In this document: piece by piece, positions 37,801 to 50,439 of the stretch
Position numbering within the stretch: position 1 is the stretch's first letter
How the letters are laid out: every line of letters begins with the position of its first letter
Assembly: GCF_046119375.1 (NCBI RefSeq)
Contig: NW_027362767.1
Span: 9,300,001-9,364,000, forward strand
Direction of reading: 5' to 3'
Length of the DNA stretch: 64,000 nt
DNA from: Phyllobates terribilis
Lineage: Eukaryota
Notes under the pieces: generated by a model
Database searches by the model: none
What the model was told of the DNA's origin: nothing
Seen by the model: the letters and a program-made list of their open reading frames with translations, nothing else
Program-made: the position numbers and the translations under genes

Positions 37801-40800
37801 TGTGTGTGTGTGGGGGGGGGGAGCGTCTCTGTGTGTGTGGGGGGGGGGGAGCGTCTATGTGTGTGTGTGGGGGGGGGGAGCGTCTATGTGTGTGTGTGTG
37901 TGGGGGGGGAGCGTCTCTGTGTGTGTGGGGGGGGGGAGCGTCTATGTGTGTGTGTGGGGGGGGGGAGCGTCTCTGTGTGTGTGTGTGGAGGGGGGGGAGC
38001 GTCTGTGTGTGTGTGGGGGGGGGGAGCGTCTCTATGTCTGTGTGTGTGGGGGGGGGAAGCGTCTCTCTCTGTGTGGGGGGGAGCGTCTATGTGTGTGTGT
38101 GTGGGGGGGGGAGCGTCTCTATGTCTGTGTGTGTGGAGGGGGGGGAGCGTCTCTATGTCTGTGTGTGTGGAGGGGGGGAGCGTCTCTATGTGTGTGTGGA
38201 GGGGGGGGAGCGTCTCTATGTCTGTGTGTGTGGAGGGGGGGAGCGTCTCTATGTCTGTGTGTGGGGGGGGGAGCGTCTGTGTGTGTGTGGGGGGGGGGCG
38301 TGTGTGTGGAGGGGGGGGAGCGTCTCTATGTCTGTCTGTGTGTGGGGGGGGAGCGTCTGTCTGTGTGTGTGTGGGGGGGGGGCGTCTCTGTCTGTGTGTG
38401 GGGGGGGCGTCTGTGTGTGTGGAGGGGGGGGAGCGTCTCTATGTCTGTGTGTGTGGAGGGGGGGGAGCGTCTCTATGTCTGTGTGTGTGGAGGGGGGGAG
38501 CGTCTCTGTCTGTGTGTGTGGAGGGGGGGAGCGTCTCTATGTCTGTGTGTGTGGAGGGGGGGAGCGTCTCTATGTCTGTGTGTGGGGGGGGGGAGCGTCT
38601 GTGTGTGTGTGGGGGGGGGCGTGTGTGTGGAGGGGGGGGAGCGTCTCTATGTCTGTCTGTGTGTGGGGGGGGAGCGTCTGTCTGTGTGTGTGTGGGGGGG
38701 GCGTCTGTCTGTGTGTGGGGGGGGCGTCTGTGTGTGTGGAGGGGGGGGAGCGTCTCTGTCTGTGTGTGTGGAGGGGGGGGAGCGTCTCTATGTCTGTGTG
38801 TGTGGAGGGGGGGAGCGTCTCTATGTCTGTGTGGGGGGGGAGTGTGTGTGTGTGGAGGGGGGCGCGTCTCTATGTCTGTGTGTGTGGGGGGGGAGCGTCG
38901 CTGTGTGTGTGTGGGGGGGGGGCGTCTCTGTGTGTGGAGGGGGGGAGCGTCTCTCTGTGTGTGTGTGGGGGGGGGGAGCGTCTCTATGTCTGCGTGTGTG
39001 TGGAGGGGGGAGCGTCTCTATGTCTGCAGGGTGGGAAGGCGTCTCGATGTCTGTGTGGGGGGGGGGAGCGTCTATGTGTGTGTGTGGGGGGAGCGTCTCT
39101 ATGTCTGTGTGTGTGGAGGGGGGGGGAGCGTCTCTGTCTGTGTGTGTGGAGGGGGGGAGCGTCTCTAGGTCTGTGTGTGTGGAGGGGGGGAGCGTCTCTA
39201 TGTCTGTGTGTGTGGAGGGGGGGGGAGCGTCTCTATGTCTGTGTGTGTGGAGGGGGGGAGCGTCTCTATGTCTGTGTGTGGAGGGGGGGAGCGTCTCTAT
39301 GTCTGTGTGTGTGGAGGGGGGGAGCGTCTCTATGTCTGTGTGTGTGGAGGAGGGGGAGCGTCTCTATGTCTGTGTGTGTGTGGGGGGAGCGTCTCTATGT
39401 CTGTGTGTGTGTGGGGGGGAGCGTCTCTATGTCTGTGTGTGTGGAGGGGGGGGAGCGTCTCTGTCTGTGTGTGTGGAGGGGGGGAGCGTCTCTAGGTCTG
39501 TGTGTGTGGAGGGGGGAGCGTCTCTATGTCTGTGTGTGTGGAGGGGGGGGAGCGTCTCTGTGTGTGTGGAGGGGGGGGAGCGTCTCTGTCTGTGTGTGTG
39601 GAGGGGGGGAGCGTCTCTATGTCTGTGTGTGTGGAGGGGGGGAGCGTCTCTATGTCTGTGTGTGTGGAGGGGGGGGAGCGTCTCTATGTCTGTGTGTGTG
39701 GAGGGGGGGAGCGTCTCTATGTCTGTGTGTGTGGAGGGGGGGAGCGTCTCTATGTCTGTGTGTGTGGAGGGGGGGGAGCGTCTCTATGTCTGTGTGTGTG
39801 GAGGAGGGGGAGCGTCTCTATGTCTGTGTGTGTGGAGGAGGGGGAGCGTCTCTATGTCTGTGTGTGTGGAGGGGGGGGAGCGTCTCTATGTCTGTGTGTG
39901 TGGAGGGGGGGAGCGTCTCTGTCTGTGTGTGGAGGGGGGAGCGTCTCTATGTCTGTGTGTGTGGAGGGGGGGAGCGTCTCTGTGTGTGGAGGGGGGGAGC
40001 GTCTCTATGTCTGTGTGGAGGGGGGGAGCGTCTCTATGTCTGTCTGTGTGGAGGGGGGAGCGTCTCTATGTCTGTGTGTGTGGAGGGGGGGAGCGTCTCT
40101 ATGTCTGTGTGTGTGTGGAGGGGGGGGAGCGTCTCTATGTCTGTGTGTGGAGGGGGGAGCGTCTCTATGTCTGTGTGTGTGGAGGGGGGGAGCGTCTCTA
40201 TGTCTGTGTGTGTGGAGGGGGGGGAGCGTCTCTGTGTGTGGAGGGGGGGAGCGTCTCTATGTCTGTGTGTGTGTGGAGGGGGGGAGCGTGTCTGTGTGTG
40301 TGGAGGGGGGGAGCGTCTCTATGTCTGTGTGTGTGTGGAGGGGGGGAGCGTCTCTATGTCTGTGTGTGTGTGGAGGGGGGGAGCGTCTCTATGTCTGTGT
40401 GTGTGGAGGAGGGGGAGCGTCTCTATGTCTGTGTGTGTGTGGGGGGGGGGGAGCGTCTCTGTCTGTGTGTGTGTGTGTGTGTGGGGGGGGAGCGTCTCTG
40501 TCTGTGTGTGTGTGGGGGGGGAGCGTCTCTGTGTGTGTGGGGGGGGAGCGTCTCTATGTCTGTGTGTGTGTGGGGGGGGAGCGTCTCTATGTCTGTGTGG
40601 GGGGGGCGTCTCTATGTCTGTGGGGGGGGGGGAGTGTCTCGATGTCTGTGGGGGGGGGGGGGACGTCTCGATGTCTGCAGGGTGGGAAGGCGTCTCGATG
40701 TCTGACCTGCTGCTTATCTTACAGGACTGTGAGAAGCACATCGTCATGTCCTGGAGGTACAAGACTTGGCCAGCAGGTAAGATTTGTGCGATTCCGCCTC

Positions 40801-41452
40801 CTGCCAGCAGATGGGGTGATAGTGAAAGGGGGGTTATTGTAATTCACCCCCACTTGAGCCGCTCCATCAGTCGGGAGCGGTAGCCGGAGGCCATGTTTCG
40901 CTGCTCTCCTCCCAATCATTGTGGCAGTTAACCCTTTAGTGCTGTGACCCGACGTGGGGGTGGAGAGAGACTCCCATCTTTCACCATCGACCCCCGGCCG
41001 TATCTTGTTACACCACTCAGGTGATGAAAACTACCATTCGGGAAACAGGAGCGAGAATCATCTATGGAGAAAATATAATAAACGTGGATGATTAAAGCCA
41101 CGGCCCCCCCGCCCCTCCCCCATCACCGGCGCGCTGTAGATGTGACCGGCGGCTCCTCACAGGGAAGTCTCAGTCCGGCATCCAACAGGGGCCACGAGCG
41201 GACGGGTCAGCGACTTATAGGACGGGGGGCGGACGCTGAGAAGATGGCGGCGCTCACATGACTCTGGTTCTGTCTGCAGGGCACCATGCCACCATCACAC
41301 TCACCTTCACAGACAAGCGGGGGGAGACGGAGCTGCAGATGGAGGCGCGCGGCGTCCCCCAGAGCGAGGAGCAGCACATGAGGGACGGCTGGCAGCGATA
41401 CTACTTCAATGGCATCAAGCAGACGTTCGGCTACGGGGCGCTGCTCTTATAA
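25797..41452 (+). CDS. AHSA1: AHSA1, activator of HSP90 ATPase 1, complete gene span (9 exons, 336 aa)
   Basis: Exons of 80+191+83+118+89+123+102+52+173 = 1011 nt, all GT-AG and in phase. Starts MARWGEGDPRWIVEQRADATNVNNWHW, ends YFNGIKQTFGYGALLL*. Synteny with VIPAS39 and ISM2. Confidence 0.96.
25915..26415. repeat. 26-bp CpG-rich minisatellite, about 19 copies
   Basis: Unit gagggcgtaatcgccacggcgaccag, starting about 40 nt into AHSA1 intron 1. Confidence 0.95.
26650..27293. mobile_element. Degenerate T2/Kolobok-type MITE
   Basis: ttaa|gagaatctttcagcag ... cctgctgacagattccc|actaa imperfect inverted termini. Confidence 0.5.
27548..31025. repeat. 45-bp minisatellite, 3.5 kb
   Basis: Unit ggtggtattatgtggccgggggtggcggtattgttcggtccctgc; ends about 35 nt before the AHSA1 exon 2 acceptor. 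Confidence 0.97.
31061..31251 (+). CDS. AHSA1: AHSA1 exon 2 (TERDATAWSTEKLK...EWDVKLNWT)
   Basis: cag|G ... G|gtgggc. Confidence 0.94.
31340..31422 (+). CDS. AHSA1: AHSA1 exon 3 (GVSKSGVKYKGLVEIPNLSDENEPSEVE)
   Basis: cag|GA ... GAG|gtaagg. Confidence 0.94.
31567..31684 (+). CDS. AHSA1: AHSA1 exon 4 (IRVSLAKDEPD...YISTLKT)
   Basis: tag|ATT ... G|gtgggt. Confidence 0.93.
32002..32090 (+). CDS. AHSA1: AHSA1 exon 5 (EFTQGMILPTENGE...AAPPP)
   Basis: cag|AA ... CCG|gtaagt. Confidence 0.92.
32172..32294 (+). CDS. AHSA1: AHSA1 exon 6 (THEKAV...GVKIPTCK...ELYRVLTRQE)
   Basis: cag|ACT ... GAG|gtaact. Confidence 0.92.
32364..32465 (+). CDS. AHSA1: AHSA1 exon 7 (LVQGFTHAPA...GNVSGEFLEL)
   Basis: cag|CTC ... 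CTG|gtgagt. Confidence 0.93.
32488..40700. repeat. 8.2-kb compound array: constant core gagcgtctctatgtct plus variable (GT)n and (G)n runs
   Basis: Occupies nearly all of AHSA1 intron 7; source of the 2846- and 2554-aa ORFs. Confidence 0.97.
40725..40776 (+). CDS. AHSA1: AHSA1 exon 8 (DCEKHIVMSWRYKTWPA)
   Basis: cag|GAC ... G|gtaaga. Confidence 0.92.
41280..41452 (+). CDS. AHSA1: AHSA1 exon 9 (GHHATITLTFTD...GYGALLL*)
   Basis: cag|GG ... TAA. Confidence 0.94.
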
Positions 41453-41657
41453 CGGGGGAGACGTGAGGGAGGGGGAGTACTTTTTTTTTTTGTTTTTTAC
41501 ACTATTATATAAAAAAGAATCTGCTGTTGTGGATGAACATTGTATTTAATGTGGGGGAGGGGCGGGTGACTACGGATTACTGTCTGTGCTGATAACGGCT
41601 TCTTGGGTGTCAGACTATTAGATGTTGTCGGCCCGGCCGCCTGTGTGCGCTGCCGCC

Positions 41658-41663
41658 AATAAA
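41658..41663 (+). terminator. Candidate AHSA1 polyadenylation signal
   Basis: First AATAAA after the stop, about 205 nt downstream. Confidence 0.55.
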
Positions 41664-42087
41664 CGAGTGTAAAGTAGCAGACTGCTGCGTGGTCCTGCGG
41701 CGAGGCCACGAGATGTGGAAGCAGCGCCTGGGGGGAGGAGGCCGCACGAGGTGTAGAAGAGGCGCCTGGGGACGATGGGGCTGCACGAGGTGTAGAAGAG
41801 GCGCCTGGGGACGATGATGATGGGGCCGCACGAGGTTTGGAAGTGACGCCCAGAGGGGGTCATGGGAACATGAAATGTTGCATGACTGATACACATTCTG
41901 GATTATTTGGCATAGCTGCTGGGAGGGTGCAGGGCGGGTCCTCGGGTCGGGCACCATCATAGGATTATACCCAACCTTCCACATGATCGCTGTTAACTTG
42001 TCAATCAGGGGGCTCTGGCTGCTGGGACTCCCACAAATCCTGAAGAAAGGCTCTGAAATGCCCCACTGCTGACAATCACTTTTCATT

Positions 42088-43135
42088 GTCTAGAGGAGGC
42101 TGCCCGGGTGAGTGGATGCGGGGGGAGGCTGCCCGGGTGAGTGGATGCGGGGGGAGGCTGCCCGAGTGAGTGGATGCGGGGGGAGGCTGCCCGAGTGAGT
42201 GGATGCGGGGGGAGGCTGCCCGAGTGAGTGGATGCGGGGGGAGGCTGCCCGAGTGAGTGGACGCGGGGGGAGTCGAGAGGAGGCTGCCCGAGTGAGTGGA
42301 CGCGGGGGGAGTCGAGAGGAGGCTGCCCGAGTGAGTGGACGCGGGGGGAGTCGAGAGGAGGCTGCCCGAGTGAGTGGACGCGGGGGGAGTCGAGAGGAGG
42401 CTGCCCGAGTGAGTGGACGCGGGGGGAGTCGAGAGGAGGCTGCCCGAGTGAGTGGACGCGGGGGGAGTCGAGAGGAGGCTGCCCGAGTGAGTGGATGCGG
42501 GGGGGAGTCGAGAGGAGGCTGCCCGAGTGAGTGGACGCGGGGGGAGTCGAGAGGAGGCTGCCCGAGTGAGTGGATGCGGGGGGGGAGTCGAGAGGAGGCT
42601 GCCCGAGTGAGTGGACGCGGGGGGGGAGTCGAGAGGAGGCTGCCCGAGTGAGTGGACGCGGGGGGGAGTCGAGAGGAGGCTGCCCGAGTGAGTGGATGCG
42701 GGGGGAGTCGAGAGGAGGCTGCCCGAGTGAGTGGATGCGGGGGGGGGGGGAGTCGAGAGGAGGCTGCCCGAGTGAGTGGATGCGGGGGGGGGGGGGGGGG
42801 AGTCGAGAGGAGGCTGCCCGAGTGAGTGGATGCGGGGGGGGGGGGGGGGGAGTCGAGAGGAGGCTGCCCGAGTGAGTGGATGCGGGGGGGGGGGAGTCGA
42901 GAGGAGGCTGCCCGAGTGAGTGGACGTGGGGGGAGTCGGGAGGAGGCTGCCCAGGTGAGTGGGCACAGGAGAGTCTGGAGGAGGCTGCCGAGGTGGGTGG
43001 ATACGGGGGTGTCTGGAGGAGGCTGCCCAGGTGAGTGGATGTGGGGGGAGGCCGCCGGGGTGAGTGGGCATGGGGGGAGTCTGCCCAGGTGAGGGGCATG
43101 GGGGGGGGAGGGGGAGTATGGAGGAGGCTGCCCAG
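42088..43135. repeat. 29/39-bp G-rich minisatellite
   Basis: Unit gagtgagtggacgcggggggagtcgagaggaggctgccc. Confidence 0.95.
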
Positions 43136-45541
43136 GTGGCATAGGCTGAATCGCTATCATGGAGCGATTTCCCATTAGGCTTCGTGCTACACTATTACGC
43201 TTTCCTGTACATCCTGCCGGAGAGGACAACGCACTTTCTATATGTGGCACCCCAGGAGTCCGGTTGCCACAGTGGCATTGCCTCCCTCACAAGGGGTGAT
43301 GCCATGCCTGGAAGCAAGCAGGGATCCCCTAGTCAGGTATACTGGCATGCAACACTTTCCTGGCTCCAGACCAGCAAGGGGAGCCCCTTGCAACTAGGAT
43401 CTGGAGGCGGGGTTAGTTAGAGTAGTGGAGAGGAGTTGAATACAGGACAGCGAGGAGGAAAGACCTAGGGAGTGGAGCTGCACGGCAGCTCACCCCAGAG
43501 AGGAGCGTAGAAGAACCGGACCCCGGAGTCCGAGGTTGTGGGACACCGAAGGTCCAGCAGCAGAATCCGGAGGGCAGGAGACTGCAGGTCTCCTGGCCCC
43601 ATCGGAGGCTCAGCAGCACATAGGGCCCTGCACCGCCACGTGGGAACGACACTCCAGGAAGGCCCGAGCTGCCTGCCATACGGGTGAGCACAAAGATGTT
43701 TTACTGAGGGACGAGGGCCGCAGCATAGCTACAAGCAGCAGGGCCAAAGAGATTAGCGCAAAGGGAAGGCCTCCAACTTCACCTGGCGAGGTGGATCCCC
43801 CAACTTGCTTCCAGGCCGCCCGTACCTCTACTACCAGCTAGTACCCATGCCCCCGGTCTGCCTAACCACCGCAAGTAAAGATAAGAGGAAACTGCCATTA
43901 AGTTGTGGACTGGTCATTATCTGCACCATCCCCTGCACTACACTGCCCAGCAACATCTATCACATCACCACTTCCTGCCCTGAAGCTAAGCTCTGCCTGT
44001 GGAGAGCTGAACCAACTCTGCTGTGTCACCATCAGCTCCAGAGGATCTGCACCGCAGCGGCGGCCCCATATAGCCGCATACCACAGGTGGCGTCACGAAT
44101 CTAATATATATAGTTGTCTTATCCCGTCTGTCTGTCTGTCCTTCTGTCCAGGAAATCCCGCGTCCCTGATTGGTCCGGCCGCGGCTAATCAGCGACGCGG
44201 GATTTCAGAAAAAAAGATGGCGGCCGTTAGCGGCTCATCTGCCACACGGAGGTCAGCGGCGATGCAGCCGGGAGATGAGCGGCGCTAGCCGGTCATCTCC
44301 CGGCTACTAGCAGCAGAAGGACCCCGACCGGCGGCGCCGTTGCCCTCCATGCGGCTACCGTCGGGAGATCAACGGCTAGGACCGCTGATCTCCCGACGGC
44401 AAGTGTGAACAGAGGACCGGGGAGCGGCGCCGCTGGTTGGGATGCTTCTGCTGCGAGCAGCTGCTCATCTCCCGGCTGCTCGCAGCGGAAGTACCCGCAC
44501 AGGCAGCGCCGCTCCCGGCCCCACACTAATACGACGCTGATTGGCGCCAACTTTAAACACCGCTCTGGACAGAGGTCAGCGGCGATGCAGCCGAAGTACC
44601 CCGACCGGCGGCGCCGCTGACCTCTGCTGATCTCCCGACGGCAAGTGTGAAGGGAGGACCAGGGAGCGGCGCCGCCGGTCGGGATACTTCTGCTGCGAGC
44701 AGCCGGTCATCTCCCAGCTGCTCGCAGCGGAAGTACCCACACAGGCAGCGCCGCTCCCCGGTCCTCACTAATACGATGCACTGATTGGTGGCGGCCGCGA
44801 CCAATCAGCGATCTTGGCGCCAAATTTAAACACTGCTGTGCTGATTGGTCGTGGCCGTGACTAATCAGCGAAATTGGCACGAAATTTAAAACCCCGCTTC
44901 TCTGATTGGTCGCGCCCAGCTGGCCGCGATCAATCAGCGACTGCCGCAGCACGGCTGCGAATTGGCGCCGGATTTTAAACATGCAGGCCACCGTCGGGAG
45001 ATCAGCCGGGAGATGAGCGGTGCCAGACGCTCATCTCCCAGCTGCTCTCAGCAGAAGTACCCCGACCGGCGGCCTCGCTCCCCGGTCCTCCCTTCACACT
45101 TGCCGTCGGGAGATCAGCGGCACTAGCCGCTGATCTCCCGACGGTAGCCGCATGGAAGTCAGCGGCGATGCAGCCGGGAGATGACCGGCGCTAGCCGTTC
45201 ATCTCCCGGCTGCTCACAGCGAAAGTACCCGCACATCAACGCCACTCCCCGTTCTCAGTAACACGGGTCGCTGATTGGCCCCAGCCGCGACCAGCGATAT
45301 AGGCGGCAAATTTAAACACTGTCTCTGGCCAATTGGCACCGGATTTCAAAGAAGTACGCCACCTTCGGGAGATAGCAGGGCTGACTCCGCCCATGTGGTC
45401 ATGTGACTCACCAACTGCCCATAACGTACTGAACATGTTTTCTCAGTCACAGTGTGTGATGGACTTCTGTCACATTTACTGAACACGTTCTGCCAGTGAC
45501 AGCGCGCTGAAGAGATACTTCTTGACGCTTCCTGTCTTCCA

Positions 45542-48500
45542 ATGGGTCGTAAGCGAAAATACGCCACGGAGGATGACAGAAAAGCAGCAGATGCAGCAAG
45601 AAAACGACAATGGCGAGAGCAAAAGACACCACAACACACTGCCGCCAGACAAGCCCAGGATGCGGAATCTCAGACAACGTCGGGAACGGGAGACACCGCA
45701 ACACACTGCCGCCAGACAAATCCGGAATGCGGAATCTCACCAAAAACGGCGGGAACAGGAGACACCACAACACACTGCCGGCAGACAAGCCCAGGATGCG
45801 GAAGCTCACAGAAAACGTCGGGAACAGGAGACACCGCAACACACTGCCGCTAGACAGGAACGCGATGTGGAATCCCATAGACAATGTCAGGTGAATGAAT
45901 CTCCAGAATCCGGGACAAACAGAAAACAACACGATCGCCAAATTATCAAAAACGAATGCTCTACCAACTAAGGCAAACCCAGCAGAATATTCAACAACTT
46001 GCACGTTACGTAACAGACAATGAAACTATAATTATTCAACACTACTGTGGAAATATGAATGTAGTTTGTTCTAAATGCAACTCTCTGAATTTCATTGAAG
46101 AAAAACCATCTGACAATCAGTTTACTCAATGCTGCCAAAAAGAAAAAGTTATGCTACCGAGACGTTACTACTCAGATCTGTTTGAGCAGTTGATGAAAGG
46201 AACGCATGAACACCGTAGAAATTTTATGGAAAATATCAGAAGTATCAACAGTTCTCATGCGTTTGCTTCATTTGGTGCCAACATTGCACCGCCCCCTGGA
46301 TTCGGACCGTATTGTTTTAAAATTCATGGCCAGATCTACCACCGCACTGGAACACTTCACCCAGAACTAGGACAACCACCAAAATTTGCACAATTATACA
46401 TCTTTGATCCAAATGAGGCTACAGAACAAAGGATGAACCGAAAAGAAAATGAAAAGTGTAATGCAAAACTGATGAACCTAATTGCCGTACATTTACAAGC
46501 AATCAGCCCATTTGCTGCCGCATATCGCATGCTAAAAGACGTCGAAGCTGAGGAGGAACAGAGAGCTATACAAAATGGGACGGAAATGCCTTCGATTATC
46601 ATGGCCATTAAACAAGAACGTCAATAAGATCACCGATTTTACAACAAACCACTGGTAAGTAAGGTCGCAGTTGTTTTTCAAAACGATGATTGAGAGCCTC
46701 CTTTTCAAAGGGATATATTAGTCCATCTTAAGCCAGACAAAAACAACCCTTTCGTATCTAAAACACAACGAATTAGCATTTTGCACAGCAACCTTGATGC
46801 TCTTCTGTATCCGCTATTCTTTCCAAGCCGTGATCAAGGGTGGCATGAAAACCTACACCAGCAAGGAACTTCAAGAAGAATTACACAACTCCAGTACTAC
46901 AGTTTTCTTCTGTCTGTCCGAAATTACTTCAATCCTATTTTAAACGGTGGGAAACTGACACAACAGTACTTAGTGGACGCATACGTTAAAATTGAAGTTA
47001 ATCGGCTCAATTTCATACGAATGAACCAAAAACAACTTAAAGTTGAAGACTACTGCGTTCTTCAAGAACATTTGCAAAAACAATCCATTCAAAAAGGAAT
47101 TCCAATTGGAAAAACAGTAATTCTCCCGTCGTCGTTTGAAGGTAGCCCCCGCAACATGCAACAGCGTTATCAAGATGCAATGGCATTAGTAACAAAGTAT
47201 GGAAGACCTGACATTTTTTTAACAATGCCCTGTAATCCTAAATGGCCAGAAATTACTGAAAATCTACAACCCTGGCAGCAAGCTGAACACAGGCCGGAAT
47301 TAGTTGCACGCGTATTTCGACTAAAACTCAGCAGCCTTTTTAAAGACATCAAAAATGGGCTTTTTGGAACTGTCGTAGCAATGGTACACGTCAGAGTTTC
47401 AGAAACGAGGTCTCCCACATGCGCATATACTTATTATCTTAGACGCCGGTTCCAAGTTTCGCACGGAGGACGAAATTGACAACATAGTGTGGGCTGAAAT
47501 TCCTAACCAAGCAAAGTATCCTGAATTGTATAATATTGTAATCTGTAATATGGTTCATGGCCCATGCTGTGTAGCAAATCCAAATAGTCCATGCATGCAA
47601 AACGGAAAGTGTACGAAAGGGTTTCCAAAGCAGTTAAAACAGCACACTGTTAAAGTTTTGGATGGCTACCCATCCTACTGGCGACAACTCATTGATAACA
47701 TTGTACACAACAAAAAAATTATAAATAACTCATGGATAGTTCCATACAACCCGTACTTATTAAAAAGCTACAACTGTCACATCAACGTTGAAATCTGCGC
47801 TTCAATAAAAAGTGTAAAATATCTTTTCAAGTACATCTACAAGGGGCATGACAAAGCTAACGTCGAAATACAGCAGAAAACAGTCAATCACGATGAATCA
47901 TCACGTTTTGTAGACTCAAGATATGTGAGTGCGTTTCCAATGCATTCACAGTCCCATGCCATTATACGTTTAGCTATTCATTTACCAAATCAACAGCAGC
48001 TTTATTTCTTTGAAAATGCTCAAGTCGAAGATGTCTCAAAAACTTTAAGCATGACGTCAACATTAATGGAATGGTTTTTGCTGAACCAACGTGACGAAAA
48101 CGCAAGGCAGTATTTGTATTGAGAGACTCCAGAGCATTACGTTTGGAATAAAACTTGGAAGCCAAGACAACGAGGACTTAGCAGAATAATTGGACGCATG
48201 TATACTGTTAGTGTCAAGGATCAAGAAAGATATTGCCTTCGGCTGTTACTACTGCATGTCAAAGGAGCTAGAAGTTACAACGATTTGAAATCAGTTCACG
48301 GAGTATTGCACGATACATTTAAAGCTGCAGCTTTGGCTTTAGGACTTCTGTTGGATGATACTGTGTGGACACTTACTTTAGAAGACGCAGTTACCCTACA
48401 TATGCCTAAGAAACTTTGTGAATTGTTTGCCTACATTTGTGTCTTTGGACCGCCTACAAATCCCGCTCAACTTTGGACAAATTTCAAAGAACATATAATT

Positions 48501-50138
48501 GAGGATTACTGCTTAAGTCTTCACAACAAAAGTTGAAATTGGCTAAATTGCAAATCTTATGCCATGCAAGATGTCCAAAATATCCTACTACTGCATGGAA
48601 AAACGTTTTCAGACTTTAATTTGCCACAGCCTGCAAGTCAAGTTGCACAAATTCAAGAGTATGACGAAGCTTATGAATTATTGTTGGCAACAGAGAAGAA
48701 AAACTCCTTAAATCAAGAACAATGGATTGCATATGACACTATTGTGAGCGCTGTAGAAAACCAAGCAGATCCAAGGCCAAAATGTTTCTTTATTGGAGGT
48801 CCTGGAGGCAGCGGTAAAACATACCTCTATGAAGTTTTAATGCATCACGTTAGAGGGTTAGGAAAAGTCGTATTGCCATCGGCTACAACAGGTATTGCAG
48901 CAAACCTTTTACGAGGAGGTCGCACTATGCATTCACTCTTTGGGATGCCAGTTCCAGTCAACGAAATCTCCGTTTCCAGAATCAAACAAGACACATTTGC
49001 AGGAAGACAGTTAAACAGTGCAAATCTTTTGATACTTGAGGAGTGCACCATGGCACCCGAATATGCTTTCAGCTTAATTGACAGACTTCTGCGTGAAGTT
49101 ATGACTACAAATATTGCAGAAAAAAATTAAATTCCTTTTGGAGGTAAAGTTTTTGTCCTTGGCGGAGATTTTAGGCAATGCCTTCCAGTTGTACCAAATG
49201 GAACAAGAACAAATATTATCGAGTCCACCTTAAAAATGTCAGACCTTTGGAAAGAGTTTAATAAACTACAACTAATTAACAACATGCGATGTTCTGACCC
49301 AGAGTACAGCAACTGGCTTCTTAAACTTGGTAATGGTGAACTTAGCAATGAATATAACCTTGGAGAAGACATTATTGAAATACCAGAAGACATGTTGTGC
49401 ATTGACTGCATCGTAAGTGATGTTTTTGGACAACGCGTTGAAATAGATGTGAACGACCAAAGCAGTGTTGAGAGGGCCTCTTCCTATGCAGTTCTCTGTC
49501 CCAAGAACGATGACGTAGCTCTGCTAAATTCCCGTGTGATGGATAGAATGCCTGGAGAGTATAAATTGTACAAAAGTGATGATTCGGTGGATGTCGACAA
49601 TGAAGATGAACGAGAGCATTATCCAGTTGAATTTTTAAATAGTGTTACGCCATCAGGAATGCCATCCCACACACTACAACTTAAAGTTGGAGCAATCGGA
49701 ATGTTGCTGCGGAATCTAAATACAAGAAATGGTCTATGTAATGGAACTCGCCTTATTGTTACTGGACTCCATTCCCACATAATTCAAGCAACAGTGATCA
49801 CTGGATCGGCAAAAGGAGAGGAAGTGTTCATTCCATACATTGATTTATGTCCTTCAGACACCGGTCTTCCATTTAGGCTTCGACGTCGACAGTTTCCAGT
49901 AAAACCAGCATTTGCCATGAGAATAAACAAGTCACAAGGTCAAACTCTACACCGTGTTGGCATATATTTACCGGAGCCCGTTTTTAGTCATGGACAACTC
50001 TATGTTGCATTTTCAAGAGTTAAAATGAGATCCAAAGTCAAGGTGCAAGTTTTGGATACCCATTTACAAGGAAAGTTGCTTACAGATAGTCCAAAAGTAT
50101 TCACCAAAAATGTCGTGTACAAAAACATTTTGGGTTGA
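45542..50138 (+). pseudogene. Helitron Rep/PIF1-helicase pseudogene
   Basis: Rep motifs PDIFLT, EFQKRGLPHAH (frameshifted at about 47395) and YLFKYIYKG; helicase motifs GPGGSGKT, GGDFRQCLPV, LCNGTRL, RQFP..AFAM.INKSQGQT, HGQLYVAFSRV; multiple stops and frameshifts. Confidence 0.95.
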
Positions 50139-50439
50139 TATTGTTAATAAATCTATTATAGGGTCGTACTTCTTTTGTCCGATGATTTATTTAAAAATAT
50201 AGTTAGATATTCATGGAATAGTTTATATATTTGGATCATCTGTTTAATAATTTTGTTCAGTTGTATTAAGTTCTATAAGCAATAATATGTAATAATAAAG
50301 TATTATTTTACCCATAAAATACTCTGTATTCATTGTATTATTCTTAAATCTTCATAGCGGCATCTGCTACTAAAGTGAATGCAGATTTGTGCCTCTCCAC
50401 GCACTTAGTCCCGGCGTAGAAAGGAGCGAATCTACAGGC

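Noticed and set aside
32343-40883. 2846-, 2554-, 1165- and 1045-aa Gly/Val/Cys-rich ORFs
   Set aside because: All three frames stay open because the repeat lacks stop triplets; the region is an AHSA1 intron with clear splice sites
45542-50138. Functional PIF1 gene or Helentron with endonuclease
   Set aside because: Many stops and frameshifts, Rep motifs present, no endonuclease ORF downstream, canonical Helitron ends
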